From Bacteroidales bacterium (GTDB lineage: Bacteria; Bacteroidota; Bacteroidia; Bacteroidales; JAAUTT01), in contig JBBQTB010000015.1 in NCBI GenBank assembly GCA_038213375.1, forward strand, positions 385 to 64,384: DNA of 64,000 bases, in the 5' to 3' direction. The notes below the pieces were generated by a model that saw nothing but the letters and a program-made list of their open reading frames with translations, was not told the origin of the DNA and ran no database searches. Shown in pieces: positions 20,790-29,523 of the stretch (positions are counted from its first letter, which is position 1; every line of letters starts with the position of its first letter). A program made the translations under genes and the position numbers.

Positions 20790-20993
20790 ATGACAGCCAC
20801 AATGTTGTATTCAAAAATTAACACTTTATCGCCTTCAATGATTAAGGAGGTTGATGATTTTGTGGATTTTCTTAAAACCAAGCAAAAACAAAAGGATAAA
20901 GTAAAAGAACGTAAATTCGGTTGCGCAAAAGGATTGATGGTAATGCATGATGATTTTGACACTCCTTTAGATGATTTTAAAGAATATATGTAA
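20790..20993 (+). CDS. DUF2281-like antitoxin for VapC
   Basis: Start moved to 20790 (MTATMLYSKINTLSPSMIKEVDDFVDFLKTKQ...). Its stop overlaps the vapC ATG (TAATG). Confidence 0.7.
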   Translation: MTATMLYSKINTLSPSMIKEVDDFVDFLKTKQKQKDKVKERKFGCAKGLMVMHDDFDTPLDDFKEYM

Positions 20994-21379
20994 TGGACTT
21001 ATTGCTTGATACTCATGCATTAATTTGGTTTATAAATGGCGATTCGCAATTACCAGGTAAGGCTGTTAATTTGATTAAGGATTTGAATTCAAAGTGTTTT
21101 GTGAGTATTGCATCAATTTGGGAGATTGCCATTAAAATATCAATAGGTAAGCTGGAGTTGAATGGAGGATTTGATGATATTTCAAAACTAATGAAACGAT
21201 ATGAAATCGAGTTGCTCCCATTGACTTTTGAACATGTACAAAGACTATTAAAATTAGATTTTCATCATAGAGACCCTTTTGACAGGGTTATTATTTCACA
21301 AGGATTAGTTGAAAGGTTTACTATAGTGACAAAAGATGAGAACTTTCCAAAATATAATGTTAAAATAATTTGGAATTAA
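20993..21379 (+). CDS. vapC: PIN-domain toxin VapC
   Basis: 128 aa with LLDTHALIW..., SIASIWEIAIK and the HRDPFDR motif. Confidence 0.9.
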   Translation: MDLLLDTHALIWFINGDSQLPGKAVNLIKDLNSKCFVSIASIWEIAIKISIGKLELNGGFDDISKLMKRYEIELLPLTFEHVQRLLKLDFHHRDPFDRVIISQGLVERFTIVTKDENFPKYNVKIIWN

Positions 21380-21417
21380 TAAAGTCGAGTAGGTAAAGCG
21401 GAACAGCTTTTTCTAAA

Positions 21418-24400
21418 TCAATTTTTCCTATTTTGATACCGCTTTTTCCACCACCATCCTGCACATGCAATTACAACTATTGCTCCAATAGAAAGGTAGA
21501 TTGGGATTTTTCGGGTCTTTTGAAGTGTAAACGTAGTTGAAGAATTACCCGTAACAATATATCCGGCCCAGAAATAGGGATGAGCCAATACTGCATCGGA
21601 GTTTTCGATGTAGTCGATTTTGGCTTTTTGTAAGGCCTCGGAAATGGATTGGTGGCTTGCCAAATTGGTGTAAAAGTAATTCATGAGTCGTTGGCTTGTT
21701 TTGTCGGCAATAGCCCATAGCGTCATTACTACTGATTTGGCTCCGGCAGTAAAAAAACTACGTGCCAGACTAATGATGCCTTCTCCGTTATAAAACTTCC
21801 CGTTGCCCGAATTACAGGCGCTTAATACTACAAGAGTTGCTTTTATTTTCAGGTTGTATATTTCGTAGGTATATAAAAAGCCTTCGTTTACCGAATCGCT
21901 TGCATGGGTAAATATGAGCTTCGAAAACATGGGGTATTCGTTGTTAACGATGCCATGCATGGCTAAGTGAAGAACATCATAGTCAGGGGCAACCATTTTA
22001 AACCGTGCTTCGGTGGCCTCATTTTTCATCAGACTGTTACCTCCAAATATCTTGCGTATGCCTTTTACTTCTTCCAAAGTACCCGAAATTGTTGAAATCT
22101 TGCTTGAATCGCTTCGCATTGCCAAAGCATCTTTATTGATATAATTCGCAATTTTTAGATTTTTGTAAGATGGGGCTATGGATAACAGTGTTGGGTTATT
22201 GATATTTTGGCTGCCACTGTGCATAACAAATAAGGTGGCTGAGTAATTGTAGCTAATGGGGTGTTTCTTTACCAGATAGGAAAGATTGCGGTAATCAGAT
22301 TTTTTTAAAGTGTCTGGAACGTTTTCAACCAGGGTTTCAAAAGGAAGTTGAGTTAACACCCTGTCGGGGATGACTACGATGCTTTTCCCATGCAGATATG
22401 GCTCTGCGCGCTGAAACAATATCTTATAAAGGGCATTGGATTGGCAGGCAAACGAACGAATGGAAGAATCGCGCATATCTTCGTACGAAAACTCAGATAG
22501 TTTGCGGCGGTAAGTTTCCACTTTCGTGAAAAAAGAACGGTCGATGGAATCGCGGAATATCCTAAAATCCTTGCGGGTAACCAAAAAGAGTGTGAGTACA
22601 TTTTCTCCTACCAGGTATTGAAGAACAACCTGCCCCGGATTCAGAACCCGTTGCAACGAATCGACGTTAACGACATCGGTATTAAACTTTGTGTTGTAAT
22701 AGGCAGGGAATCGTTTTTTATATTTGGCAAACAGACTGTCCTGTTCCTGTTTTAGATGGTATAGCTCCACATTGTACTCGTCGATTCGCGAATAATCGGG
22801 CTTAGGTTGGCTATAGGCCTCAGAGCGGATGCGAGCCAATAGTTCCGTTCGCGTGCGTATCTTCTCTTCCGCTCCGGAAAGGCTATCGGGAATCAACTTC
22901 ATTTTTTGTGCCTTTACCCCGCGAACCATTGACAACAGCAACGACGATTTGCTTTTTTCGGTGTATTCGAACATCTGTTTGGCGTAATTTGCATTTCCTG
23001 TAAGGATATATAATTGGTTAAGCACTTCAACCATAGCAGGATAGTATTTCTTATTAAAATCGGAATAAAGCATTTTCTGCTCTTCTTTGGGGAGACTGAA
23101 TGTGTATTTTAGGGAAACATCAAAGGCTAGTTTGTAATGTGCCACCGATCCATTCCAGCATCGTTGCTTAAAGTCATTATTTTTGGTTGTTTTTGCCATT
23201 TCGTTAAAAGCCCATGCTTTGTTAATTAGGGCATTCACCAAATATTGATCGTTAATGGAATGCGTTACATCAGGTAACTTGAAAATGTCAGGCGAGTATG
23301 GCTCATTTATCAGTGAATACAATTGTTTATGATAATTTTCCATCACTTTGTTAAATGGTTTTGAATAATTCCAATATAATGATGCTAGTCCCTCATATGT
23401 TTTAGCAATGGATGTATGTATTTTCCCATAATGACCAAGATACCAAGATAATTCATAATTTGCATTTTGTTCACATTTTGTGAAATTTCCGATGAAGCAA
23501 TAATAACTGTACAAATTCCAGATTGTTTTTACATAAAGCATGTATTTTGAAGATAACCGTTGTTCAATATCTACTACCATATCTGATGCCTTACCGGAAT
23601 TCCCTGTTTTAATCAGACTATATGCAACAATTGATTGGTAATAAAGACTTAGCTTTTGTTGAGGGTTGTGTTGAACCCAATCAATTACTTTTGAATAGTT
23701 GCCTAAAAAATAATATGATTCCAACACGTAATTAAACACTTCTGATTGACGCAAATTGTTGGTTTGTTTGCTGAATTTTGCCGCGTTCAAATAAGCATCC
23801 AATGCTTCCTGAAAATCGCTTTTAGCATAGAAAAACATACCTTTCAGCAAATAGAATTCTATTAGGAGTACGGAACTTTTATTTTTGTTTTCAATTTTTT
23901 GGGAAATGCGCTGAAACCATCGGTCGCGCAGCTCGTTCTGGTTCGAGTAAAAAAAAATCGATAGCAGCCGGTGATAGCAATTGATCCATTCCGGACTTTC
24001 GATATGCCCATGTTCCCAAACATGGATAGCCGATTGGTAAGCAGCAATGCAGGCGGGGTAATTGGTTTCCTCGTAATAGCACCATCCGAGCGATACTTTG
24101 GCCATCGCAAATCCAAACCAGGCTGTATCGCCGTGTTGTTGTAAATAATTAAGGTAAGCAATCGTTTTTGGCTTGCATTCTTTTTCAGGCTGTTTGTTGA
24201 TGTCCCAATCGGCCAGGAACAAATTCACCAGCAAGGTCACCCGGGGATTTACAAATTTCGATTCTTTCCATGCATTTTTTAAATAATGAGCAGCATTCGT
24301 AAAATCCGATTTTTTGAAGGAATACAATCCAAGGTACATGTCCTCCCATATCGTTTTTGCCGGGATGTTTTTTATTTCTGATTTCTCCATGCAAATAGTC

Positions 24401-24690
24401 GCCAAATGCCGGCTGGCAGAGGCGAGGGGATAATTTTCCTGCAATAGGTACATCCAGGAGATATGATACCAATAGTGCGATTCGGAGAAATAATCGCTTT
24501 TGGAATGCGCCGCGTGTACAAGGTTATAGTAATAAAGGATGCATGAATCGAATTGCTGGCGGTTGAAACTTTTGTCAACCCGTTTTTGTAAGACGCTTAT
24601 TGCTTGTGCTTCGGCAGCTATTGTGGTGCTTAAGCAGCCAAAAACAAACCCAATCAGCCAAATTCGTAGCCGAAACCTTCGCGTTCCCAT
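21418..24690 (-). CDS. TPR-repeat CHAT-domain (caspase-like) protein with signal peptide and C-terminal TM anchor
   Basis: About 1090 aa from MGTRRFRLRIWLIGFVFGCL. Long TPR-like region, then a CHAT dyad context (LHLAMHG and VVLSACNSGNG), and C-terminal IPIYLSIGAIVVIACAGWWW. Confidence 0.9.
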   Translation of the reverse strand: MGTRRFRLRIWLIGFVFGCLSTTIAAEAQAISVLQKRVDKSFNRQQFDSCILYYYNLVHAAHSKSDYFSESHYWYHISWMYLLQENYPLASASRHLATICMEKSEIKNIPAKTIWEDMYLGLYSFKKSDFTNAAHYLKNAWKESKFVNPRVTLLVNLFLADWDINKQPEKECKPKTIAYLNYLQQHGDTAWFGFAMAKVSLGWCYYEETNYPACIAAYQSAIHVWEHGHIESPEWINCYHRLLSIFFYSNQNELRDRWFQRISQKIENKNKSSVLLIEFYLLKGMFFYAKSDFQEALDAYLNAAKFSKQTNNLRQSEVFNYVLESYYFLGNYSKVIDWVQHNPQQKLSLYYQSIVAYSLIKTGNSGKASDMVVDIEQRLSSKYMLYVKTIWNLYSYYCFIGNFTKCEQNANYELSWYLGHYGKIHTSIAKTYEGLASLYWNYSKPFNKVMENYHKQLYSLINEPYSPDIFKLPDVTHSINDQYLVNALINKAWAFNEMAKTTKNNDFKQRCWNGSVAHYKLAFDVSLKYTFSLPKEEQKMLYSDFNKKYYPAMVEVLNQLYILTGNANYAKQMFEYTEKSKSSLLLSMVRGVKAQKMKLIPDSLSGAEEKIRTRTELLARIRSEAYSQPKPDYSRIDEYNVELYHLKQEQDSLFAKYKKRFPAYYNTKFNTDVVNVDSLQRVLNPGQVVLQYLVGENVLTLFLVTRKDFRIFRDSIDRSFFTKVETYRRKLSEFSYEDMRDSSIRSFACQSNALYKILFQRAEPYLHGKSIVVIPDRVLTQLPFETLVENVPDTLKKSDYRNLSYLVKKHPISYNYSATLFVMHSGSQNINNPTLLSIAPSYKNLKIANYINKDALAMRSDSSKISTISGTLEEVKGIRKIFGGNSLMKNEATEARFKMVAPDYDVLHLAMHGIVNNEYPMFSKLIFTHASDSVNEGFLYTYEIYNLKIKATLVVLSACNSGNGKFYNGEGIISLARSFFTAGAKSVVMTLWAIADKTSQRLMNYFYTNLASHQSISEALQKAKIDYIENSDAVLAHPYFWAGYIVTGNSSTTFTLQKTRKIPIYLSIGAIVVIACAGWWWKKRYQNRKN

Positions 24691-24783
24691 AAAATCTTGA
24701 AAATATTCGCAAATATAAGCTGAAAACATATTGGAAATTGAGGATTATTTCTATAATTTTAAACAAACCAAAATTTATATGAT

Positions 24784-24903
24784 ATGGGGAATGAACGTTA
24801 CAACAATGCAAATTTTTTGTGTGGGTCTCAATTGGTAATGTGGAAGGATAAGCCAGTCGATCCTCCTTCTCCTCCTCCAGAACCAACGCCTAAGAAGGTT
24901 TGA
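24784..24903 (+). CDS. Possible small ORF (39 aa, Pro-rich tail), divergent from the CHAT gene
   Basis: MGNERYNNANFLCGSQLVMWKDKPVDPPSPPPEPTPKKV, followed by a hairpin (24902-24934) and a canonical terminator (24958-24988). No homology is recognisable. Confidence 0.25.
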   Translation: MGNERYNNANFLCGSQLVMWKDKPVDPPSPPPEPTPKKV

Positions 24904-24957
24904 TTTGAAAAGGAGACGCACCTCTTTTCAAATCGCAAGATTTTGAATGTACATGTG

Positions 24958-24988
24958 AAGTTCAGGAGAAATCTTGAACTTTTTTTTG
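24958..24988 (+). terminator. Rho-independent terminator (+ strand)
   Basis: AAGTTCAGGA-GAAA-TCTTGAACTT followed by T7. Confidence 0.6.
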
Positions 24989-25170
24989 TTAACCACAACC
25001 CTTTGAAAAAGGGTTATAACTGAGCCTTATTTATCACATGTTTTGTATTGTAGCAATAGTTTCATCTGATGGTTAATGAGAGTTCAAAAGATGCTGGAAG
25101 CTGTTATAGCCCATTTTAAACTTAGCAAAGCGATCTCACGACCTCAGGAAGTAGCGGGTTGGGTTTAATT
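24988..25170. repeat. Degenerate pair of the CCCCAACCCCTTGAAAAGGGG..ATAAC repeat family
   Basis: GTTAACCACAACCCTTTGAAAAAGGGTTATAAC (left) and GCTGTTATAGCCC...CGGGTTGGGTTTAATT (right, interrupted). TTAAGTCAACGAC at about 25177 also recurs at 48224. Confidence 0.5.
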
Positions 25171-25357
25171 TTGTTTAAGTCAACGACTTTTAAACACGGT
25201 ATATTATTTTAAACTGCTTTTCCCCTTTAATCAATTGATATTGACGTAAACTAAATAATATGTGCATATTATATCATCATGTTTTATTATACTAGCTTTT
25301 ATCAGTATATCAACCGATTACATGGTTTTACTTGTCTGAGAGAGATAAGCAGTTATT

Positions 25358-25935
25358 TTAATTAACCCCAACCCCTTGAAAAGGGGCTATAACAGTTTCG
25401 AACACATTTTTAAATTGTTAAATTTGAAGAAAAAATTTGATGCCCACAAAGTTAAACAACCTAACTCATTTAAAAGATACGCGTGATCATCTTCGAAAAA
25501 ATATGACCAAGGCTGAACTGGTGCTATGGGAAGTGTTAAAAGATAAAAAATTGAGTAAACGTAAATTTAGGCGCCAACATAGTATTGGAAATTATATAAC
25601 CGATTTCTATTGCCCCTCTGAAAAGTTGATTATTGAACTTGACGGACAACACCACTTTATGCCTGAAGGAATTGAAAAAGACTTGGAGAGGGATAATTAT
25701 TTGGCAATGATGAACATTAAAACACTTCGTTTCGAAAATATTGACGTACTTAATAATCTAACCAACGTACTGAAAATAATCAAGTCTCATTTTAAAACCA
25801 ACCAATAACTATCAAATAACATCATCCCTTTACATTTTTTGAGTGCTCTTTAAAAAATGATATTATTGTGAAGCATTATAACTTCCCGCTAGTAAGAAGC
25901 TGTTAGCCCCTTTTTAAGGGGTTGGGGTTAATTAA
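25358..25935. mobile_element. DUF559 gene cassette bounded by about 37-bp terminal inverted repeats
   Basis: Left TTAATTAACCCCAACCCCTTGAAAAGGGGCTATAACAG (25358-). Right end CTGTTAGCCCCTTTTTAAGGGGTTGGGGTTAATTAA (-25935) is its near-perfect reverse complement. Confidence 0.55.
25437..25808 (+). CDS. DUF559 (Vsr/restriction-endonuclease-like fold) protein
   Basis: 123 aa: TKAELVLWEVLKDKKLSKRKFRRQHSIGNYITDFYCPSEKLIIELDGQHH...D..RD..L, the typical DUF559 core. Confidence 0.85.
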   Translation: MMPTKLNNLTHLKDTRDHLRKNMTKAELVLWEVLKDKKLSKRKFRRQHSIGNYITDFYCPSEKLIIELDGQHHFMPEGIEKDLERDNYLAMMNIKTLRFENIDVLNNLTNVLKIIKSHFKTNQ

Positions 25936-25981
25936 ACAATACATTTTCCAGTACTCACCAAGCTTAAAGTTGAATTAAGGT

Positions 25982-26178
25982 GGAAATGGTCGTAGGGGTT
26001 TCCCTTGTTGTGTGTCGTCACATGTTAAAATGTGGTCCGGGGCCGGGCGATAACGTCGCATCGGGACGCTACAACGAATTTGGTCGAATGTCGTGTGGAC
26101 GACAGTATAAAAAAGACGCAGCCATGAAGGATATAGACGGCTAAGGCAAAGCCTAAGCCGAACAAAGGGGAGCATTTC
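25982..26178 (+). ncRNA. Candidate structured RNA or cis element (class unknown)
   Basis: GC-rich, ORF-poor block. Its ends pair (GAAATG 25983-88 with CATTTC 26173-78; CCCTTGTT 26002-09 with AACAAAGGG 26161-69). Internal hairpins TGTCGT-GTGG-ACGACA (26089-26104) and GGCTAAGGC-AAA-GCCTAAGCC (26139-59). The 3' half resembles repeats in the 54-59 kb element. Strand is tentative. Confidence 0.35.
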
Positions 26179-26252
26179 AAGAACAGAACAATGCCAGTCT
26201 ATCGTTGTTTTATTTCCATCATTTTTGTATCTTCGAACAAAAAAAATCTTTT

Positions 26253-29200
26253 ATGAAGCGGGCGTTGATTCTTGTCTTATCCATTGTGGTTTTTGCAGTA
26301 CTTGGTTATTCTGTTCTTCGTTATTTAAAATCTGATAAGAATTTGACCCCTTTTGGTCGGGAATCGGAAGAGGAGGAATCGGGGAAAGAGGGAAAGGACA
26401 AGCCAGAGAAATTTCTTGAATATTATCGTGCCATCACAACCCATATTGGTGAGACATCTAGCACGTTTCCTGAAGGATATGTGATGGAGGAATTTCTGAA
26501 GGCTACCACCCGTAATGCTGAAAAGTCAGCCAAAGCTCAGTTACCCTGGTTGAGTCGCGGTCCCTATAATGTTTCGGGTAGAGTGCGCAGTATAATTGTA
26601 GACCCGGACGATGCCACATCCAGTACATGGTTTGTGGGTTCCGCTTCAGGTGGGGTTTGGAAAACCACTGATGCAGGGAAAACATGGAATAATATCTCAG
26701 GGAATTTACCCAATCTTGCCACAGGCTCGCTTGCTATGGCAGCTACAAACCATAGTACCATTTATGCAGGTACAGGTGAAGGATTTGGCGGATCTGGTAT
26801 GGTTACCGGTGCCGGTATATTTAAAACCACAGATAAAGGGATTACCTGGACACTATTAACAGCCACGAGCAAGAATCGCGATTTTTTCTTTGTTAACCGA
26901 ATAATGATTGATCCGGCGGACGAAAATCATGTAATAGCCTGCACCAATACTGGCGTTTTTCGCTCCCTCGATGGGGGAACCAGCTGGAAGATAGTTTATA
27001 AAAGCAGTAATAAAGTTCAGGATATAAAAGCTGAACCGGATAATTTTCTTATTCAATACGCTGGCGTAAACTCTGTTGGAGTGATTAAATCCACAAACGG
27101 TGGTGAAACCTGGAATATTTCTTCTTCCGGAATTGGGGAATGCCATCGGGTGGGACTTACGATATCTGCCTCCAATCATAATAAAGTATATGCATGCATT
27201 GAGGGTCCAACCAGTTTGACCTATGTTTATCTTAGTCAGGATAGAGGAGTTACCTGGAGCAGGTTTAAAACGAGTGTCACCTCAAACTTTGTAGAATATC
27301 TTGGAGCGCAGGGCTGGTATGACAATACAATTGTTTGCCATCCATATAATGATTCCATTGTGTTTATCGGAGGAGTGTATCTTGGTTCTTATAAGTTTTC
27401 AAGCCAGAGCCAATTGTCAGCGCCTCAGGTTATAAGGGCAGATACTTTTCAAACTGCATCGTTTTTGTCGTTTATTAATTTTGGTGGGCAATTCCTCAGC
27501 GGAGGCCTTCAAACTGGTGATAAAAACAATGCAGTTAATTTAAAAGATTCTGATTGGGTTGAAGTAGAAGTGAGGTATGGTTCGGGAATATCGCAAAATG
27601 CCCACCGTTTTACTGTCCCTTCCACATCTGGAACCAATGGTGATGGTGGAGCTGGTGTTCCTGCAGGCAGCTATATATACAAAGATTATGTTTCTGTGCC
27701 TTTTCAGGCTTGGGATATAAAACATAACAGGCAACTTATGGTAAGCTTTCGCGATCAGGAGCGGGATGGGGCGTTTAACCTTATTCAGAGGAGCGCTGCC
27801 AGCGATGTCACTGGGCGTGAATATTTTTTTATCAACGCTGTGGCTTATAAACCATTGCCAGATACCAGTATTGCCAAAAACGGTGGGCAAGCCTATAAAC
27901 AATTGTATTTTTTCTGGCCAACACTGGCAACGGGAGCTATATGGAATCCGAATACACTTCTCACATCTAAAATAGTGATCAATTATGGACAAATCAAGCT
28001 CCAACTAGGACTCGCAACAATTGTTTCGGATGGAGCAGGGGATCAGGGAAGCAAAAATTCAAATTTACATGTCGATCATCATGTGCTTTTACCGATACCG
28101 ATTGATCCTGCCAAGGGTACATTTTATTTATTGAATGGTAATGATGGTGGTTTGGGTATTTCTAAAGATCAGGGGAATACATGGACCCAACTAACCAACG
28201 GGTTTATCAATACCCAGTTTTACGGAGTTGATAAAAAGCCAGGTTCGCAGGAATATATTGGAGGCATGCAGGATAACGGAACATGGCAGTCCCCTTCCGG
28301 AAAAATTGCAACCGACACGACAAAGTATTCCTTTAAAATTGGAGGTGATGGGTTTTCAGTACTTTGGCATTCGCAAAACACGAAACAGATCATCGGAAGT
28401 GTCTACAATAATAAGTTTTATTTGAGTAAAGATGGCGGTGCAACTTGGCAAACTGCCGATAAAGGAATTAATGAGGATGGCCCCTTCATTACCCACATAG
28501 GGTATTCCGATCAACGACCTGATGTGGTATTTGCTGTTGGGAAAAACGGGGTATGGAAGACAACCAGTTTTGCTACATCCTTAATAACTCCATGGAATAA
28601 AATAGTTATCAATGCCGGTTGGAGTTTGGATGGCGCTGTTAGCAGCCAACATAATGTGGCAGTGTCGTTAGCGAATCCTAATATTGTATGGGCTGGTGCC
28701 GGAATGTTAAAAAATCCTTTTCTGGCCTTATCCGTTTCCTTAAATGGAGGAACTAGTTTTGCGACAGCATCGGTATACGATTCAGTAACACTTGGTTATA
28801 TAAGTGGATTAGCTACCCATCCAACAAATCCGAATGAAGCATTTGCTTTGTTCTCGTATTATGGTAGCCCTAAAATATTGCGAACCATGGATTTGGGAAA
28901 ATCATGGAGAGACATTTCCGGGTTTAATAAGGACAGCACCAGCAAGAACGGTTTCCCCAATGTAATGGTAAATTGTTTGTTGGTGATGCCTTTTGATACC
29001 ACCTGGATATGGGCAGGAACCGAAATTGGTCTGTTTGAAAGTCGTGATAACGGAAAATCGTGGGCATATGCTGATAATGGATTGCCTCCCGTCTCCATCT
29101 GGCAAATGAAAACAAGGGATAATGAAGTATTGGTGGCTACCCATGGACGCGGAATCTGGACCACTCAGATTCCCGGAAGTGGTCTGGGTTTTAAAGATTT

Positions 29201-29462
29201 ATCGATAAAGCGTTTTAATATGACGGTCTACCCAAACCCGGTAGACGATAACATACGTATTACTTTCTCAAATACTTACAAAGGTCAGGTTGCTATTAGT
29301 ATCTATGACCTTGATGGACGAAAAATATATCAGACATTGACAACAAAATCGGGCCAAGACTTTGATTATAGTTTGGCTGTTAGTTTTTTACATTCTGGCA
29401 CCTACATTATCACGGTCGATTATCAGAATCAGCTGGCAACGGCTAAGGTGGTGAAACGTTAG
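26253..29462 (+). CDS. Secreted BNR/Asp-box (sortilin/VPS10-like) repeat protein with T9SS C-terminal sorting domain
   Basis: Start moved to MKRALILVLSIVVF. At least 9 Asp-box motifs (TTDAGKTW, SLDGGTSW, STNGGETW, SQDRGVTW, SKDQGNTW, SKDGGATW, TMDLGKSW, SRDNGKSW...). The C-terminus (TVYPNPVDDNIRITF...) is a T9SS CTD. Confidence 0.9.
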   Translation: MKRALILVLSIVVFAVLGYSVLRYLKSDKNLTPFGRESEEEESGKEGKDKPEKFLEYYRAITTHIGETSSTFPEGYVMEEFLKATTRNAEKSAKAQLPWLSRGPYNVSGRVRSIIVDPDDATSSTWFVGSASGGVWKTTDAGKTWNNISGNLPNLATGSLAMAATNHSTIYAGTGEGFGGSGMVTGAGIFKTTDKGITWTLLTATSKNRDFFFVNRIMIDPADENHVIACTNTGVFRSLDGGTSWKIVYKSSNKVQDIKAEPDNFLIQYAGVNSVGVIKSTNGGETWNISSSGIGECHRVGLTISASNHNKVYACIEGPTSLTYVYLSQDRGVTWSRFKTSVTSNFVEYLGAQGWYDNTIVCHPYNDSIVFIGGVYLGSYKFSSQSQLSAPQVIRADTFQTASFLSFINFGGQFLSGGLQTGDKNNAVNLKDSDWVEVEVRYGSGISQNAHRFTVPSTSGTNGDGGAGVPAGSYIYKDYVSVPFQAWDIKHNRQLMVSFRDQERDGAFNLIQRSAASDVTGREYFFINAVAYKPLPDTSIAKNGGQAYKQLYFFWPTLATGAIWNPNTLLTSKIVINYGQIKLQLGLATIVSDGAGDQGSKNSNLHVDHHVLLPIPIDPAKGTFYLLNGNDGGLGISKDQGNTWTQLTNGFINTQFYGVDKKPGSQEYIGGMQDNGTWQSPSGKIATDTTKYSFKIGGDGFSVLWHSQNTKQIIGSVYNNKFYLSKDGGATWQTADKGINEDGPFITHIGYSDQRPDVVFAVGKNGVWKTTSFATSLITPWNKIVINAGWSLDGAVSSQHNVAVSLANPNIVWAGAGMLKNPFLALSVSLNGGTSFATASVYDSVTLGYISGLATHPTNPNEAFALFSYYGSPKILRTMDLGKSWRDISGFNKDSTSKNGFPNVMVNCLLVMPFDTTWIWAGTEIGLFESRDNGKSWAYADNGLPPVSIWQMKTRDNEVLVATHGRGIWTTQIPGSGLGFKDLSIKRFNMTVYPNPVDDNIRITFSNTYKGQVAISIYDLDGRKIYQTLTTKSGQDFDYSLAVSFLHSGTYIITVDYQNQLATAKVVKR

Positions 29463-29523
29463 ATATTGATTCAAATCGAATAAAAAAGGACAGCGTTTAA
29501 TTGCCTTGCAAAACATCTAATTC

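Noticed and set aside
25975-26175. 66-aa ORF (minus strand) upstream of the BNR protein gene
   Set aside because: The sequence is Arg/Leu/Pro-rich and spans hairpins. It has no start context or homology I recognise. It is better explained as a structured noncoding element.
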